A stretch of 64,000 nucleotides of DNA from Diplonema japonicum. Its lineage: Eukaryota; Protista; Euglenozoa: Diplonemea. This document shows, piece by piece, positions 34,443-45,434 of the stretch. Position numbers and translations under genes: made by a program. The stretch lies in NCBI GenBank assembly GCA_964019335.1, contig OZ025761.1:130595-194594 (forward strand), given 5' to 3'. Below the pieces are notes generated by a model. It searched no databases. It was not told the origin of the DNA and saw only the letters and a program-made list of their open reading frames with translations. Position 1 is the stretch's first letter; each line of letters starts with the position of its first letter.

Positions 34443-36119
34443 ATGAGATGCACGCCACTGCTTTGCTTCATCCTGCCGACGGATGACGCTGCAACAATCT
34501 TCGTTAAGAAGCTGATCATGATTTCGGTGCTTTCAGGTCTCGTTGTGCTTGGTTCGAACCTCATAACAGTCGGTGGGAACACGTTCATTCAGGCAAGGAG
34601 GGTAGCAACTGTTGTGATCGCGGCGTCCGTGGGGGCGCAGCTCGTGATCGAGAAGAAGGTGCGGCTTGGAGTATTTGAGGCTTTTTTATACTTTATGGGT
34701 GTCGTGTTTTGCATGGGGGACCTTGTAGCAATTGCAGCGCTGGATGGGGAAAGGATGTGGCCTTTCTTCATACTGATGATTGATGTGTGCCTCGTGTGCA
34801 AGATGCCCACGCGAGTCAGCACTATCCTCATAGCCATGCTCCTCACATGGCTCCTTGTTGTTACCGTCGAGAGCTCTTTCCGATTTGGGCTCTTCGACCT
34901 CTTCTTCCTAACCAGCCAAGAGGACCGCTTCGAGGTTGTGGACTGCACTGAGCTCCCCTGCAAGTTACCTGTCACTCAAGCATCTGCTGGTTTCATTTCC
35001 AAGAGCGTTATTTTCCTCCTGGACTTCTACTTCACCCGTGGCTTTGCATACGACCTCCAAAAGGAGCACGACAAGATGAACAAGGTTATCACGGCGGCCG
35101 AACAGATCTCCACCTCCCTCTCCCGCTTCGACCTCACCGCTGCTGAGTCTGTCATCAACGACGCCTCCCTCCCAGACCCCCTCTACGACTCTTTCAACTG
35201 TATCCTTTGCAACCTTCACATCTACCGTCCCTACCTTCCCCAGTCTTGTTTCCAGGGTGAAGGGTCGAACAGCTCCTCTGCTTCCTTCATCAGCAAGGAA
35301 GCGTCTACAAAATCACATCTCTCTTCTTCGGCTACCTTCGGAGAGTCTTCTTTACATTATCAACCAGAATTCACGAGAGCACTCGAAAAGAGGAGATGTA
35401 CCTTCACTGTGGCGAACATGCTTGGGTCACACAGCGAAGCATCGAGGGACATCGTGGCATACCAAATGAGGTACAAGGAGTTCATGGAGAAAGTCCTTTC
35501 CTGCTACTCCCGTGTGTCAGGTGTTGTGAGTGTTGTGGTTGGGGACCATGTGCATGTTTCCTTCAATGCTGTGAGGAGGTGTGTAAGCCATGCTGTGAAT
35601 GCAATGCAAGGGACAATGGATCTGCACACTGGGGCCCATGAGAAGGGGATCGATGTGGTGACAGGGGTGGCGAGCGGGACAGCTTTCTGTGGCCCATTGG
35701 GATGTGCTGAGCTCATGTCGGTTGGAGTGATCGGGCCCTCTGCTGTGGTGGCTTCTGTGGTTCAGGACTTTGCAAGGTCCCAGGGACTGAAGGTAGCCTG
35801 CAGTGGCAGTGTGTACAGCGAGGTGTCTCATGCCTTCACAATGCGGATCGTGTTGGAAACGGTGGGGGTGGTGGGATCGAAGGCTGTTGAGCTTGGGTAC
35901 GAGGTACTGGTGGAAAGCAAGGACAAGGAGAAAGTCGAGGAGGAGTGGATGTACCAGCTGGAGGAGCGTCCGTGGGATTCCTACAACACAGCAGGGAAGC
36001 AGTACCTCCTTGGGAACGTTGAGGAGGCCCTTCGTGTTCTGAGGATCGAACGGGTGAGGAGTGAAGAAGTTCTGGTCGCAGAGACCGTTTTGGTGGAGAA
36101 GATTATTGAGGGGGCATAA
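34443..36119 (+). CDS. Multi-TM degenerate cyclase copy 3 (intact, different Ser-rich linker)
   Basis: 558-aa paralog. Confidence 0.85.
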   Translation: MRCTPLLCFILPTDDAATIFVKKLIMISVLSGLVVLGSNLITVGGNTFIQARRVATVVIAASVGAQLVIEKKVRLGVFEAFLYFMGVVFCMGDLVAIAALDGERMWPFFILMIDVCLVCKMPTRVSTILIAMLLTWLLVVTVESSFRFGLFDLFFLTSQEDRFEVVDCTELPCKLPVTQASAGFISKSVIFLLDFYFTRGFAYDLQKEHDKMNKVITAAEQISTSLSRFDLTAAESVINDASLPDPLYDSFNCILCNLHIYRPYLPQSCFQGEGSNSSSASFISKEASTKSHLSSSATFGESSLHYQPEFTRALEKRRCTFTVANMLGSHSEASRDIVAYQMRYKEFMEKVLSCYSRVSGVVSVVVGDHVHVSFNAVRRCVSHAVNAMQGTMDLHTGAHEKGIDVVTGVASGTAFCGPLGCAELMSVGVIGPSAVVASVVQDFARSQGLKVACSGSVYSEVSHAFTMRIVLETVGVVGSKAVELGYEVLVESKDKEKVEEEWMYQLEERPWDSYNTAGKQYLLGNVEEALRVLRIERVRSEEVLVAETVLVEKIIEGA

Positions 36120-36478
36120 CATGGAACTAATCACTTTGTGGCGATTGTCTTTGAAATGATTGGTTTCCACCAGTTATCAAATGACTCCAGCCTGCTTTCT
36201 GCCTTCTGTCGCTTTCAACAACATTTCAGCACCTGCTTTCAGATGGGTTAACCTGTATTCTTATTTCTCTTCTGCGAGGCCTTTTTTTCTCTTTTAATCT
36301 TTGTGAGAGCACAGGCTGCTAGCTAGACCCCAAGTTTGGATAGCGGTTTGGGGAGGTGTATTGAGCATTCTTTGAGGACCGAGAGTTTCGGCATTTTTTA
36401 CCCAAGGGGCTAATTTGAGCATTGAGAAGCTTTGGACATTTTGGAAGATTAGGGGGTTAGCATCCCCCCCCTTTATTT

Positions 36479-37530
36479 CGCAGACCGCTCGAAGCGTGGC
36501 GGGTGAGGAGGATAATCGCCGGGGCGGTGCCGTACCTCAGCCCGTATGCGAAACAAGTTTTACTCTCCCCTCCTGAAGAACCTGATGAGGAGGGAGGTGA
36601 AGGGAGCGAGGAAGAAGCCGACCACCTGGGTAGGGGGAGGACGGACAAAGCAGCGGGAACGCTCAATTGCGATGTTTGTGATGCTGCGAAGGGCAGCACA
36701 GTTAGGTTGCTGCGACACCAGCTTTGGGAGTGCGAGGTCGCATTGGAGGTGCAGAAGAGGAGGTATATACCGGTCTGGTCAGGAGCGAAAGGTGGCCGGT
36801 CTGTTTGGAGCTGCACGGGATTCTCCCGAGGAAGGTCGTGTTCCGCGGTTTGGAGAGGCTGCAGAGGTATTTGGCAGAGGTGGTGAGGCGCAGGGACGAT
36901 GCTCTGGCGGTGAAGCGGTTCGCGGTTGAGAAGGAACCGCCGTGGATGGTGACGACTCAAGGAAGGCGTTTCGAGGCGCCAAAGGTTGTGGAACTGTACA
37001 AGCTCAAGCTGACCCCGCAGCTCAGGGAGTATGGTGATCAGGTGCTGAGATGGCTGGCTGCGCTGCGGTGGGCGGAGGAGGGAACGTCCGTGTCGGCGAT
37101 CAAGCTGGCGATTGACTTCGAGTGCTACACGAAGAAGACGCTGGGGGTTAACATCAACACGACGATTGACATCGACACGAAGGCGGTGAGGGTCAAGCGG
37201 ATCCTGGATACGCTGCAAGCGACATGGATGAGGGAGAAGAGGAGACGCGCTTTTCCGGCGCAGTCATGCAAGAACGTGAGATCACTACGATCCATTGGCC
37301 GCGACCACGTCGTTGGCTTTGATAGGAGGGCCCTGTTTGCATCGGGGCTGACGGCGACCAAGCTGAAAGGACTGAGAGAAGATTACCGGAAGGAAAGGAT
37401 TGGAAGATATAAACGACAGCTAGGCACTACGGTGGGTAGCAGGGAACGACCCCAAAAGGGGAGCATCATAAGGTAGGCACGCCACCGCGGCGGGCCGTTG
37501 CTAACCACTTCGTTCCTATCATAGTGAATT
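36479..37530 (+). mobile_element. 5'-truncated non-LTR retrotransposon (CCHC knuckle + C-terminal domain)
   Basis: Encodes CDVC...LRHQLWEC and RWPVCLELHGILP. Near-identical to 59772-60740, with the shared 3' end ccacttcgttcctatcatagtgaatt(T)n. Confidence 0.8.
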
Positions 37531-37556
37531 ATTTTTTAGTACTCACAAAAAAGGAA

Positions 37557-40230
37557 ATGAGATGCACGCCACTGCTTTGCTTCATCCTGCCGACGGATGA
37601 CGCTGCAACAATCTTCGCAAAGAAGCTGATCATGATTTCGATGCCGTTGATAACAATTTACTTTGTTTGGAACTTCGTAGTAGACGGTGAGAACATGTTG
37701 CTTCAAACAAGGAAGGCAGTAAGTGCAGCATCCGCGGCGGCCATGGTGGCGCAGCTCGTGATCGAGAAGAGGGTGCGGCTTGGAGTACTTGAGGCTTTTT
37801 TATACTTATTGTGTGTCATCTTCTGTACGGGAGACCTTGTAGCAATTACCAAAATGTATGGGGACAGGATGTGGCCCTACTTCGTAGTGTTAAGATGTGT
37901 GCCTCGTGTGCAAGATGCCCACACGAGTCAGCGTTAACCTCATCGTCATCCTCCTCACATGGCTCCTTGTTGTTACCGTCGAGAGCTCTTTCCGCTTTGG
38001 GCTCTTCGACCTCTTCTTCCTAACCAGCCAAGAGGACCGCTTCGAGGTTGTGGACTGCACTGAGCTCCCCTGCAAGGCACCTGTCATTCAAGCATTTAGC
38101 GCTTTCATTTCCAAGAATATTATTTTCCTCCTGGACTTCTACTTCACCCGTGGCTTTGCATACGACCTCCAAATGGAGCACGACAAGATGAACAAGGTTA
38201 TCACGGCGGCCGAGCAGATCTCCACCTCCCTCTCCCGCTTCGACCTCACCGCTGCTGAGTCTGTCATCAACGACGCCTCCCTCCCAGACCCTCTCTACGA
38301 CTCTTTCAACCCGTCCCTACCTTCCCCAGTCCTGTTTCCAGGGTGAAGACTTCACTGATTCCTCTGAGTGTGGAGGGGAAAAGTCGCCCAGCGACTCGGA
38401 TTCCTTTGCGTCCACTAAGTCATTTAGCTCTTCTGTAGCGTTCTCAGAAAACAAATTAGAATCCACGAAAGCACTCGAAGCCACGAGAGCACTCGAAAAG
38501 AGGAGATGTACCTTCACTGTGGCGAACATGCTTGGGTCACACAGCGAAGCATCGAGGGACATCGTGGCATACCAAGTGAGGTACAAGGAGTTCATGGAGG
38601 GAGTCCTTTCCTGCTACTCCCGTGTGTCAGGTGTTGTGAGTGTTGTGGTTGGGGACCATGTGCATGTTTCCTTCAATGCTGTGAGGAGGTGTGTAAGCCA
38701 TGCTGTGAGTGCGATACAGGGGACAATGGATCTGCACAGGGGCCCATGAGAAGGGGATCGATGTGGTGACAGGGGTGGCGAGCGGGACAGCTTTCTGCGG
38801 CCCATTGGGATGTGCTGAGCTCATGTCGGTTGGAGTGATCGGACCCTCTGCTGTGGTGGCTTCTGTGGTTCAGGACTTTGCAAGGTCCCAGGGACTGAAG
38901 GTAGCTGAAATGGTTTTAAGTTAGGATGAAGAAGCGAAGAAATAGATAAAAAGGGGTGGGAAAGAATAAATACTGCATACGAAAACAGAGAGTCGAGTAA
39001 AAAAGGGAAAAGGTGACTGACATCCTCAAGAGGAGCCTCCCACGTACCAGGAATTAAGCAGAGGTTGCTTCCATGGCCCGTATCAGTCTATCGCCAGAAA
39101 GAATAATGAAAATAACATAACAAAGAGAAGGGGAGAAGAAACGGAAAAAGACGGCTTGGTCATCAGAGAATGTTGACCCAAATGCGTCGGCGGACGCAGT
39201 TTAACGTCATACCCGGGACGGAAACCATGTTGGGAAAGCAGAAGGGAAGTTAAAAGACAAGAAGTGGAAAAGGAAAAGGTGGAAACTAAAATCATAGGGT
39301 GCGAGGTCTGTGAGACCCTGCATAGCCTATCGCCCTCGTAGCACGCCGGGCCGGCACTCCTACATTGCGTAGGGTCGTCTCCAGTAGTTCCTAGTTGTAG
39401 GAGTTCAGCACAGTCGACCACTGTGACTCGCTGTAGTAGAGGGTCCCTGCCCCCACGAAGTCAGCGAGTAGGGCTGCCACAGTCGGATACGACTTGTCCT
39501 TGAACCCTTGGGTCTGCAACCGAAAGCCCTGTTCCTGGCGGGAAGCGTAGAGCCACGTCGATAACAGACCAGCAGACACGGGATCGCGACGCGTGTGTCG
39601 AGGGGGACCGTGACCATGGGGGTCTCACCCAGGAAGTGTGTGCAAGCCCTGGACATGCAGCTGAGGTCAAAGACGGCCTCGCCCTGGGAAAGGAAGCCCA
39701 GGTGTCGAAGCTCATCCAGGTCCTCAGGGCCGTCGACGTCTGCTTCCCTGGTGAGCCTCTTAAGGGCGACAAGTCCAGTGACTCTGGTGTTCGGCCTCGT
39801 CGCGGCGAGATCCCGTTTGGCCGCGGGAAGGGCGGGGCCGTCTTCGGGTTCCGGGCGTTTGTTCCTCTGCCCGTTGTAGGTGAGCAGGAGAGGGGTCCTC
39901 CCTGGAGTCCTAGACTCGTCACCTCTTGGGGCCTCGGAACCGAAGAGTGGGTGTTTCCAGCCGCCTTGGGCGAAGAACTCCGACCACCACTGTTGCTGTA
40001 CCGCGGTGTTCAGCCCCGAGTGCCATTCGTGAGACAACCGAAGACGTTCGGTGGTAGGCAACGCCTTGTGCGCAATCAGAAGAAGCTGTTCCTGGTTGGC
40101 GACGGTTGCCTGTTGGTCGGCAGTTCTATCCGTGTCACGGGCCTCGAGCAGCAGTTGATGTGGAGAGGTGTCCAGGTGCATCGGGAGGGGACCGACCGAC
40201 AGGTAGCCTGCAGTGGCAGTGTGTACAGTG
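37557..40230 (+). pseudogene. Multi-TM degenerate cyclase pseudogene (frameshifts, insertion at 38905, 3'-truncated)
   Basis: Several frameshifted fragments. Coding sequence resumes at 40201 after the insertion for only about 30 nt. Confidence 0.85.
38906..40200 (-). mobile_element. 5'-truncated retroelement of unrecognised family with 7-bp target-site duplication
   Basis: aggtagc is duplicated at 38899-38905 and 40201-40207. A minus-strand ORF tail ends at 39391, followed by a ~490-nt 3' UTR containing a structured motif. Confidence 0.75.
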
Positions 40231-40474
40231 AAGCACTCGAAGCCACGAAGACGAAAACAGCTAAACAAATTCACGACGGAACCATTACCAGAAAACCACA
40301 GAGGCGGTGGCGCTACCCGTACCTCCTAAGGGATTCACCGAAAGGCCGCACCGACAGCGCTTATTGAGTACCTGTTATTAATCACTTCAGCCATCTACCG
40401 GTCAGCCAAAGCTTAGCGGGAGAGTTAAGTTTTACCTGTATTCTTATTTCTCTTCTGGGAACCGTTTTTCCTCC

Positions 40475-40623
40475 TTTTTTTTTTGTTACAAATATTTATC
40501 TTTCAAAAAATGATTTTATAACTATATGCAACTTGTGCCGGGCAAAAAACTTTCGCAGCTTTTTAAAAAACCTTTTTTGCTCGTGCGAACAACAAAGACA
40601 TATAGTCATAAAGAATTATTTTT
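40475..40623 (+). repeat. Solo copy of the VIPER-like terminal repeat (SIRE-like)
   Basis: Near-identical to 3092-3238. Confidence 0.8.
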
Positions 40624-40672
40624 ATATTAAACCCACAAAAAAAGGCAATATGAGATGCACGCCACTGCTTTG

Positions 40673-41358
40673 TTTCTCCCAAACACCAGCACCCCCCTAC
40701 AATGACCTCGATCCTTCACCAAATGGGAAGGTAATATGCCAAGTGCTGAGATACCTCACATCGGGGTCCACAGTGCTGTGTTTGATTGCTTTCACGCTTT
40801 TACAATGGTAACTGTCGACCGGTAATCTTTTATGCCAGCCTTGCGGATGATGTCCATGAGCACCCACAAGGCCAGAAACTGATAGATATCGTCCACAGTG
40901 AAGTCAAAGTCGGGGTTGTGGTACTTGCAAACGGTGCAAAGAGATTTCACAAACCCCATTGAGATGAACAGCTTGGAAATCCTTGATGCACTCATGTGGG
41001 AAAAGGGTGATTTCTGCCCCCCCTGTGCCCTGTCACTTCTTACGCGTAACCTGCGTAATATCGCTCTCCCATGGCATATTTTCACTCTTCTCGTCACTAC
41101 TGGCGGTGAGAATGTCCCCTTGGGCACTCCCGAACTCGTCTGAATCAGTACTGCTCATATGAGCTTTCGTGCCACCAAAAACTGGTTTCGAGGGTGTTTT
41201 TGGAGGTTAATCTAGGGGCCAAAAGTGATTTTCGATGGAAAAGAAATCGCGGAACTAGGTCATTCTGTACAAGGGTAAGGGTCTATGGTACTTAAAATGC
41301 CTATACAAAAATTTTATTTTTTTGATCGCTAGATATCTAGCGCTTCGTCCTTTAATGG
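40673..41358 (-). mobile_element. One-ended piggyBac fragment (second family)
   Basis: Ends gtcctttaatgg|TTAA. The minus strand encodes FTVDDIYQFLALWVLMDIIRKAGIKDY, resembling a piggyBac transposase N-terminus. Confidence 0.7.
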
Positions 41359-41381
41359 TTAAACCCACAAAAAAAGGCAAT

Positions 41382-43079
41382 ATGAGATGCACGCCACTGC
41401 TTTGCTTCGTCCTGCCGACGGATGACGCTGCAACAATCTTCGCCAAGAAGCTGATCATGATTACAGCGCTTGCAACATCCATTGTCTTTAGTTTGAACTT
41501 CGTAATAATTGGTGGGAACACGGTCTTTCAAACAAGGAGGGTAGTAATTGCAGTAATCGCGACGGCCTTGGGGGTGCAGCTCGTGATCGAGAAGAGGGTG
41601 CGGTTTGGAGTATTTGAGGCATTTGCATACTTTATGGGTATTGCGTTTTGCATGGGGGACCTTGTAGCAATTACCAAAATGTATGGGGAAAGGATGTGGC
41701 CTTTCTTCATACTGATGATTGATGGGTGCCTCGTGTGCAAGATGCCCACACGAGTCAGCACTAACCTCATAGCCATACTCGTCGCATGGCTCCTTGTTGT
41801 TACCGTCGAGAGCTCTTTTCGATTTGGGCTCTTCGACCTCTTCTTCCTAACCAGCCAAGAGGACCGCTTCGAGGTTGTGGACTGCACTGAGCTCCCCTGC
41901 AAGATACCTATCGGTCCTGCATTTAGTGGTTTCGCCACCAAGAGCATGATCTTCCTCCTGGACTTCTACTTCACCCGTGGCTTTGCATACGATCTCCAAA
42001 GGGAGCACGACAAAATGAACAAGGTTATCACGGCGGCCGAGCAGATCTCCACCTCCCTCTCCCGCTTCAACCTCACCGCTGCTGAGTCTGTCATCAACGA
42101 CGCCTCCCTCCCAGACCCTCTCTACGACTCTTTCAGCCGCATCCTCTGCAACCTCCACATCTACCGTCCCTACCTTCCCCAGTCCTGTTTCCAGGGTGAA
42201 GACTTCACTGATTCCTCTGAGTGTGGAGGGGAAAAGTCGCCCAGCGACTCGGATTCCTTCAACAGCAGGGAAGTGTCTACTAACTCATATCGCTCTTCTA
42301 CAGTGTGCTCCGCAAACCACCAACTAGAGTCCACGAGAGCACTCGAAAAGAGGAGATGTACCTTCACTGTGGCGAACATGCTTGGGTCACACAGCGAAGC
42401 ATCGAGGGACATCGTGGCATACCAAATGAGGTACAAGGAGTTCATGGAGGAAGTCCTTTCCTGCTACTCCCGTGTGTCAGGTGTTGTGAGTGTTGTGGTT
42501 GGGGACCATGTGCATGTTTCCTTCAATGCTGTGAGGAGGTGTGTAAGCCATGCTGTGAGTGCGATACAGGGGACAATGGATCTGCACACTGGGGCCCATG
42601 AGAAGGGGATCGATGTGGTGACAGGGGTGGCGAGCGGGACAGCTTTCTGCGGCCCATTGGGATGTGCTGAGCTCATGTCGGTTGGAGTGATCGGGCCCTC
42701 TGCTGTGGTGGCTTCTGTGGTTCAGGACTTTGCAAGGTCCCAGGGACTGAAGGTAGCCTGCAGTGGCAGTGTGTACAGCGAGGTGTCTCATGCCTTCACA
42801 ATGCGGATCGTGTTGGAAACGGTGGGGGTGGTGGGATCGAAGGCTGTTGAGCTTGGGTACGAGGTACTGGTGGAAAGCAAGGACAAGGAGAAAGTCGAGG
42901 AGGAGTGGATGTACCAGCTGGAGGAGCGTCCGTGGGATTCCTACAACACAGCAGGGAAGCAGTACCTCCTTGGGAACGTTGAGGAGGCCCTTCGTGTTCT
43001 GAGGATCGAACGGGTGAGGAGTGAAGAAGTTCTGGTCGCAGAGACCGTTTTGGTGGCGATGATTATGGAGGGGGCATAA
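41382..43079 (+). CDS. Multi-TM degenerate cyclase copy 4 (intact)
   Basis: 565-aa paralog starting MRCTPLLCF. Confidence 0.85.
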   Translation: MRCTPLLCFVLPTDDAATIFAKKLIMITALATSIVFSLNFVIIGGNTVFQTRRVVIAVIATALGVQLVIEKRVRFGVFEAFAYFMGIAFCMGDLVAITKMYGERMWPFFILMIDGCLVCKMPTRVSTNLIAILVAWLLVVTVESSFRFGLFDLFFLTSQEDRFEVVDCTELPCKIPIGPAFSGFATKSMIFLLDFYFTRGFAYDLQREHDKMNKVITAAEQISTSLSRFNLTAAESVINDASLPDPLYDSFSRILCNLHIYRPYLPQSCFQGEDFTDSSECGGEKSPSDSDSFNSREVSTNSYRSSTVCSANHQLESTRALEKRRCTFTVANMLGSHSEASRDIVAYQMRYKEFMEEVLSCYSRVSGVVSVVVGDHVHVSFNAVRRCVSHAVSAIQGTMDLHTGAHEKGIDVVTGVASGTAFCGPLGCAELMSVGVIGPSAVVASVVQDFARSQGLKVACSGSVYSEVSHAFTMRIVLETVGVVGSKAVELGYEVLVESKDKEKVEEEWMYQLEERPWDSYNTAGKQYLLGNVEEALRVLRIERVRSEEVLVAETVLVAMIMEGA

Positions 43080-43433
43080 CATGGAACTAATCACTTTGTG
43101 GCGATTGGCTTTGAAATGATTGGTTTCCACCAGTTATCAAATATGATTTAAGAAATTGAAGGAGGAAATAGGAAATAAAAAGAATAAAAGGAAAAACTAC
43201 AAGCACTGCGGGTAAATTTGAGCAGTTCGGGGCTGTGGATTCTTGCAACACCGGGGATTGTACCTCACATTACTGTTTTTTTTTTTTTTCTTTTTTTTTC
43301 TTCTTCTTATTCTTCCCTTTGCAATATTACAACGACCTTGGGTCTTTTCTTTAATATACTACGGCCTGGGGTGTCGAGACGGGTTCTGCTACTCGGACCA
43401 GACTGCTGTGACGACTAGTTGTTTTATTTCTTA

Positions 43434-43607
43434 TGCGACATGACCAGACTGGAACGGCCGCCCCGGGGCATCCTCTGCTCAACCCGGCGGACGTGGGAGG
43501 CCCTTCTTCGGAAGGTGCCAGTCGCTTGACCAGTGCCGTCGAATGCGCGCTATATTTTATAAGTACGCATAACAATCGATTGAAAAAAAAAGAACGCATA
43601 CCAAGGG
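43434..43607 (+). ncRNA. Conserved structured RNA-like repeat (multi-stem, c(UUCG)g hairpin, putative pseudoknot)
   Basis: Stems gactggaac/gtgccagtc, ccgcc/ggcgg, gggca/tgctc and cttc-ttcg-gaag. A homolog with compensatory changes lies on the minus strand at ~39014-39090. Confidence 0.55.
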
Positions 43608-44107
43608 AGTAGTTTTATTTCACGACTCCATGAAATTGGAACTGAGCCTAGAGCTGAACCTGGGGGGAGAAATTGGCAGACGGAGAGGAAAAAGTTGCCC
43701 CACTGGGAACTGAACCGAGGCAAAAGTTTGGCAACTGAGGCATATTATTTACCGGAAACCCCTGTTACACTTCCCCGTGAAGTAAAGAGATTTGAGTAAT
43801 GAGCCGGCGATGCTGCACGAAACGAGGAAAAACGTTTCCGTTTCCTTATTTTTCAGATACTTAAGGCGTGTTCCTTTCTTAAGGAAACGGCCCCAAGGTA
43901 AGGAAACGTTTCCGTTTCCTTATTTTCAAAAAAGAGGCTTGGAAACGTTTCTTGCCAGCATAGCCCCCCCCCCCCCCCCCCCCCCCCAAGCAATTTCAGA
44001 AAGAAGTGAAATAGAGGGAGAGCAAAAGCTGACCCGACAGTAGTGTGTCGTACCACCCTTGGAAAAAAAAAAAAAAAAAAAAAAACCAGTAAAAAAAAAA
44101 AAAAGAA

Positions 44108-44845
44108 ATGTTGCTCAGCGCTGTGCTGCCCTATGGGAAGGAGCTCACCATCCCCGCCAGAGGAGATCTTTCGATAAGCGACCTGAAGGCGGAAATATCT
44201 TTGGAATGCAATCTGCCCGCCGACAGCTTTGTGTTGTCCCGCAACAACGAACAGTTGGAAGAGGAGAAAACAGTTGCCGACTACCCCTTGCGCAACAGAG
44301 ACAGCGTGCATGTTGAGATGAATAGAGTTGAAACAGCGGCCGAGTTTAAAGAACTGTTGAAAATGATAACGAAAGGGGAGGAAGAGGATCTGTGTGTGGA
44401 GGCCATTGAGGCTCTCGAGGACCTGTTGTGTGGACAGGTTGAGACAAAAGATGTAGAAGTGCTGATTGCCTGCGTGGATCACGGATACGCTCATTGTGCC
44501 AAGGCACTCATTGAAAGCAACATTTCTGATGTAAACGGGACGGTGAAATGGCCGTGGATAACGTTGACCCCCTTACGTCAGGCCGCCAGTAGGCACCATC
44601 TTGAGATTGCGCACCTCCTACTCGATAACGGAGCCGATCCCGATTGCGGTTTCCCTTTGCACAAAGCTGCTTGCGCAGGTGACGCCTCTATGGTAAATCT
44701 TCTGTTGTCTCACGGTGCCTCTGTTAACCTTAAAGACACTTATGACAGAACACCCCTCAGCTGTGCATGGAGTAACGGTATTATACAGCACATCTTGAAG
44801 GAGCACGGTGCCGTGGCTTCGAAGAAAGGTGGTAAAAAGAAATAG
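44108..44845 (+). CDS. Ubiquitin-like domain + ankyrin repeat protein
   Basis: SISDLKAEI...QLEEEKTVADYPLRNRDSVHV fits a UBL. TPLRQAA..HLEIAHLLLDNGAD, PLHKAA..VNLLLSHGA and RTPLSCA are ankyrin repeats. Confidence 0.85.
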   Translation: MLLSAVLPYGKELTIPARGDLSISDLKAEISLECNLPADSFVLSRNNEQLEEEKTVADYPLRNRDSVHVEMNRVETAAEFKELLKMITKGEEEDLCVEAIEALEDLLCGQVETKDVEVLIACVDHGYAHCAKALIESNISDVNGTVKWPWITLTPLRQAASRHHLEIAHLLLDNGADPDCGFPLHKAACAGDASMVNLLLSHGASVNLKDTYDRTPLSCAWSNGIIQHILKEHGAVASKKGGKKK

Positions 44846-45434
44846 GGGGTATTCTCTTTTTTTTGTTTTTTTTTTTTATTAATCGTGTCGGACCGCGAAG
44901 CGACCCCCATGTCTAATAAAGTTTAGCTCCCCCCCCCCTTTTTTTTGACCTTAACTTCCTCTCTCTCTCTCATTTTTCTCACTTTTTCATCTTTCTCCAG
45001 GGTTTGTTTTTTTTCTTTTTACCCGGCGCGTACCAACAACGGACAGTGTTCCTTCTAACGGACAGTGTTCCTTCTTTTTTTTTTTCCATCTCTCTAGGTG
45101 TGGCGAGGATCTGCAACACATCACATGGATGCACATTAAAAAAAAAACGTTCCCCTTTTGTTTAGACAAGTCAAAGACTCGTTCTTGCAAAAAAGAAAAA
45201 AAAAAAAAACACATCTCTTTTCAGTTGTTTGTTTCTCTTTTCTTTTTCATGTGGGGTGTCTCAAAGACCACCTTTCAACTCATATATTCTATTTTTCTTT
45301 TTTTTTTTCTTTTTTTTTTTTGTCTTTCTTTTAAACAATGCTGAGGCGCCGGGTAAAATGGACCAGACTGTGCGCATTCTGTAAAATAATCACCAGAACC
45401 AAGAGGTGGGAGGGGAAAAAAAAAAAGGAACAAC

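Noticed and set aside
36581-36620. ctgatga hammerhead-like core (also at ~59874 and ~62355)
   Set aside because: No properly placed GAAA with closing stems; the first two lie in LINE coding sequence.
39030-39050. gcctcccacgt as an HDV P3/L3
   Set aside because: No adjacent P3' strand; G-U pairs and the UUCG loop favour the opposite strand.
45017-45358. Possible MITE bounded by ttttacccggcgc / gcgccgggtaaaa
   Set aside because: Related pieces occur at ~46500-46640 and ~57165-57237 in different arrangements; no TSD or consistent boundaries, so it was not called.
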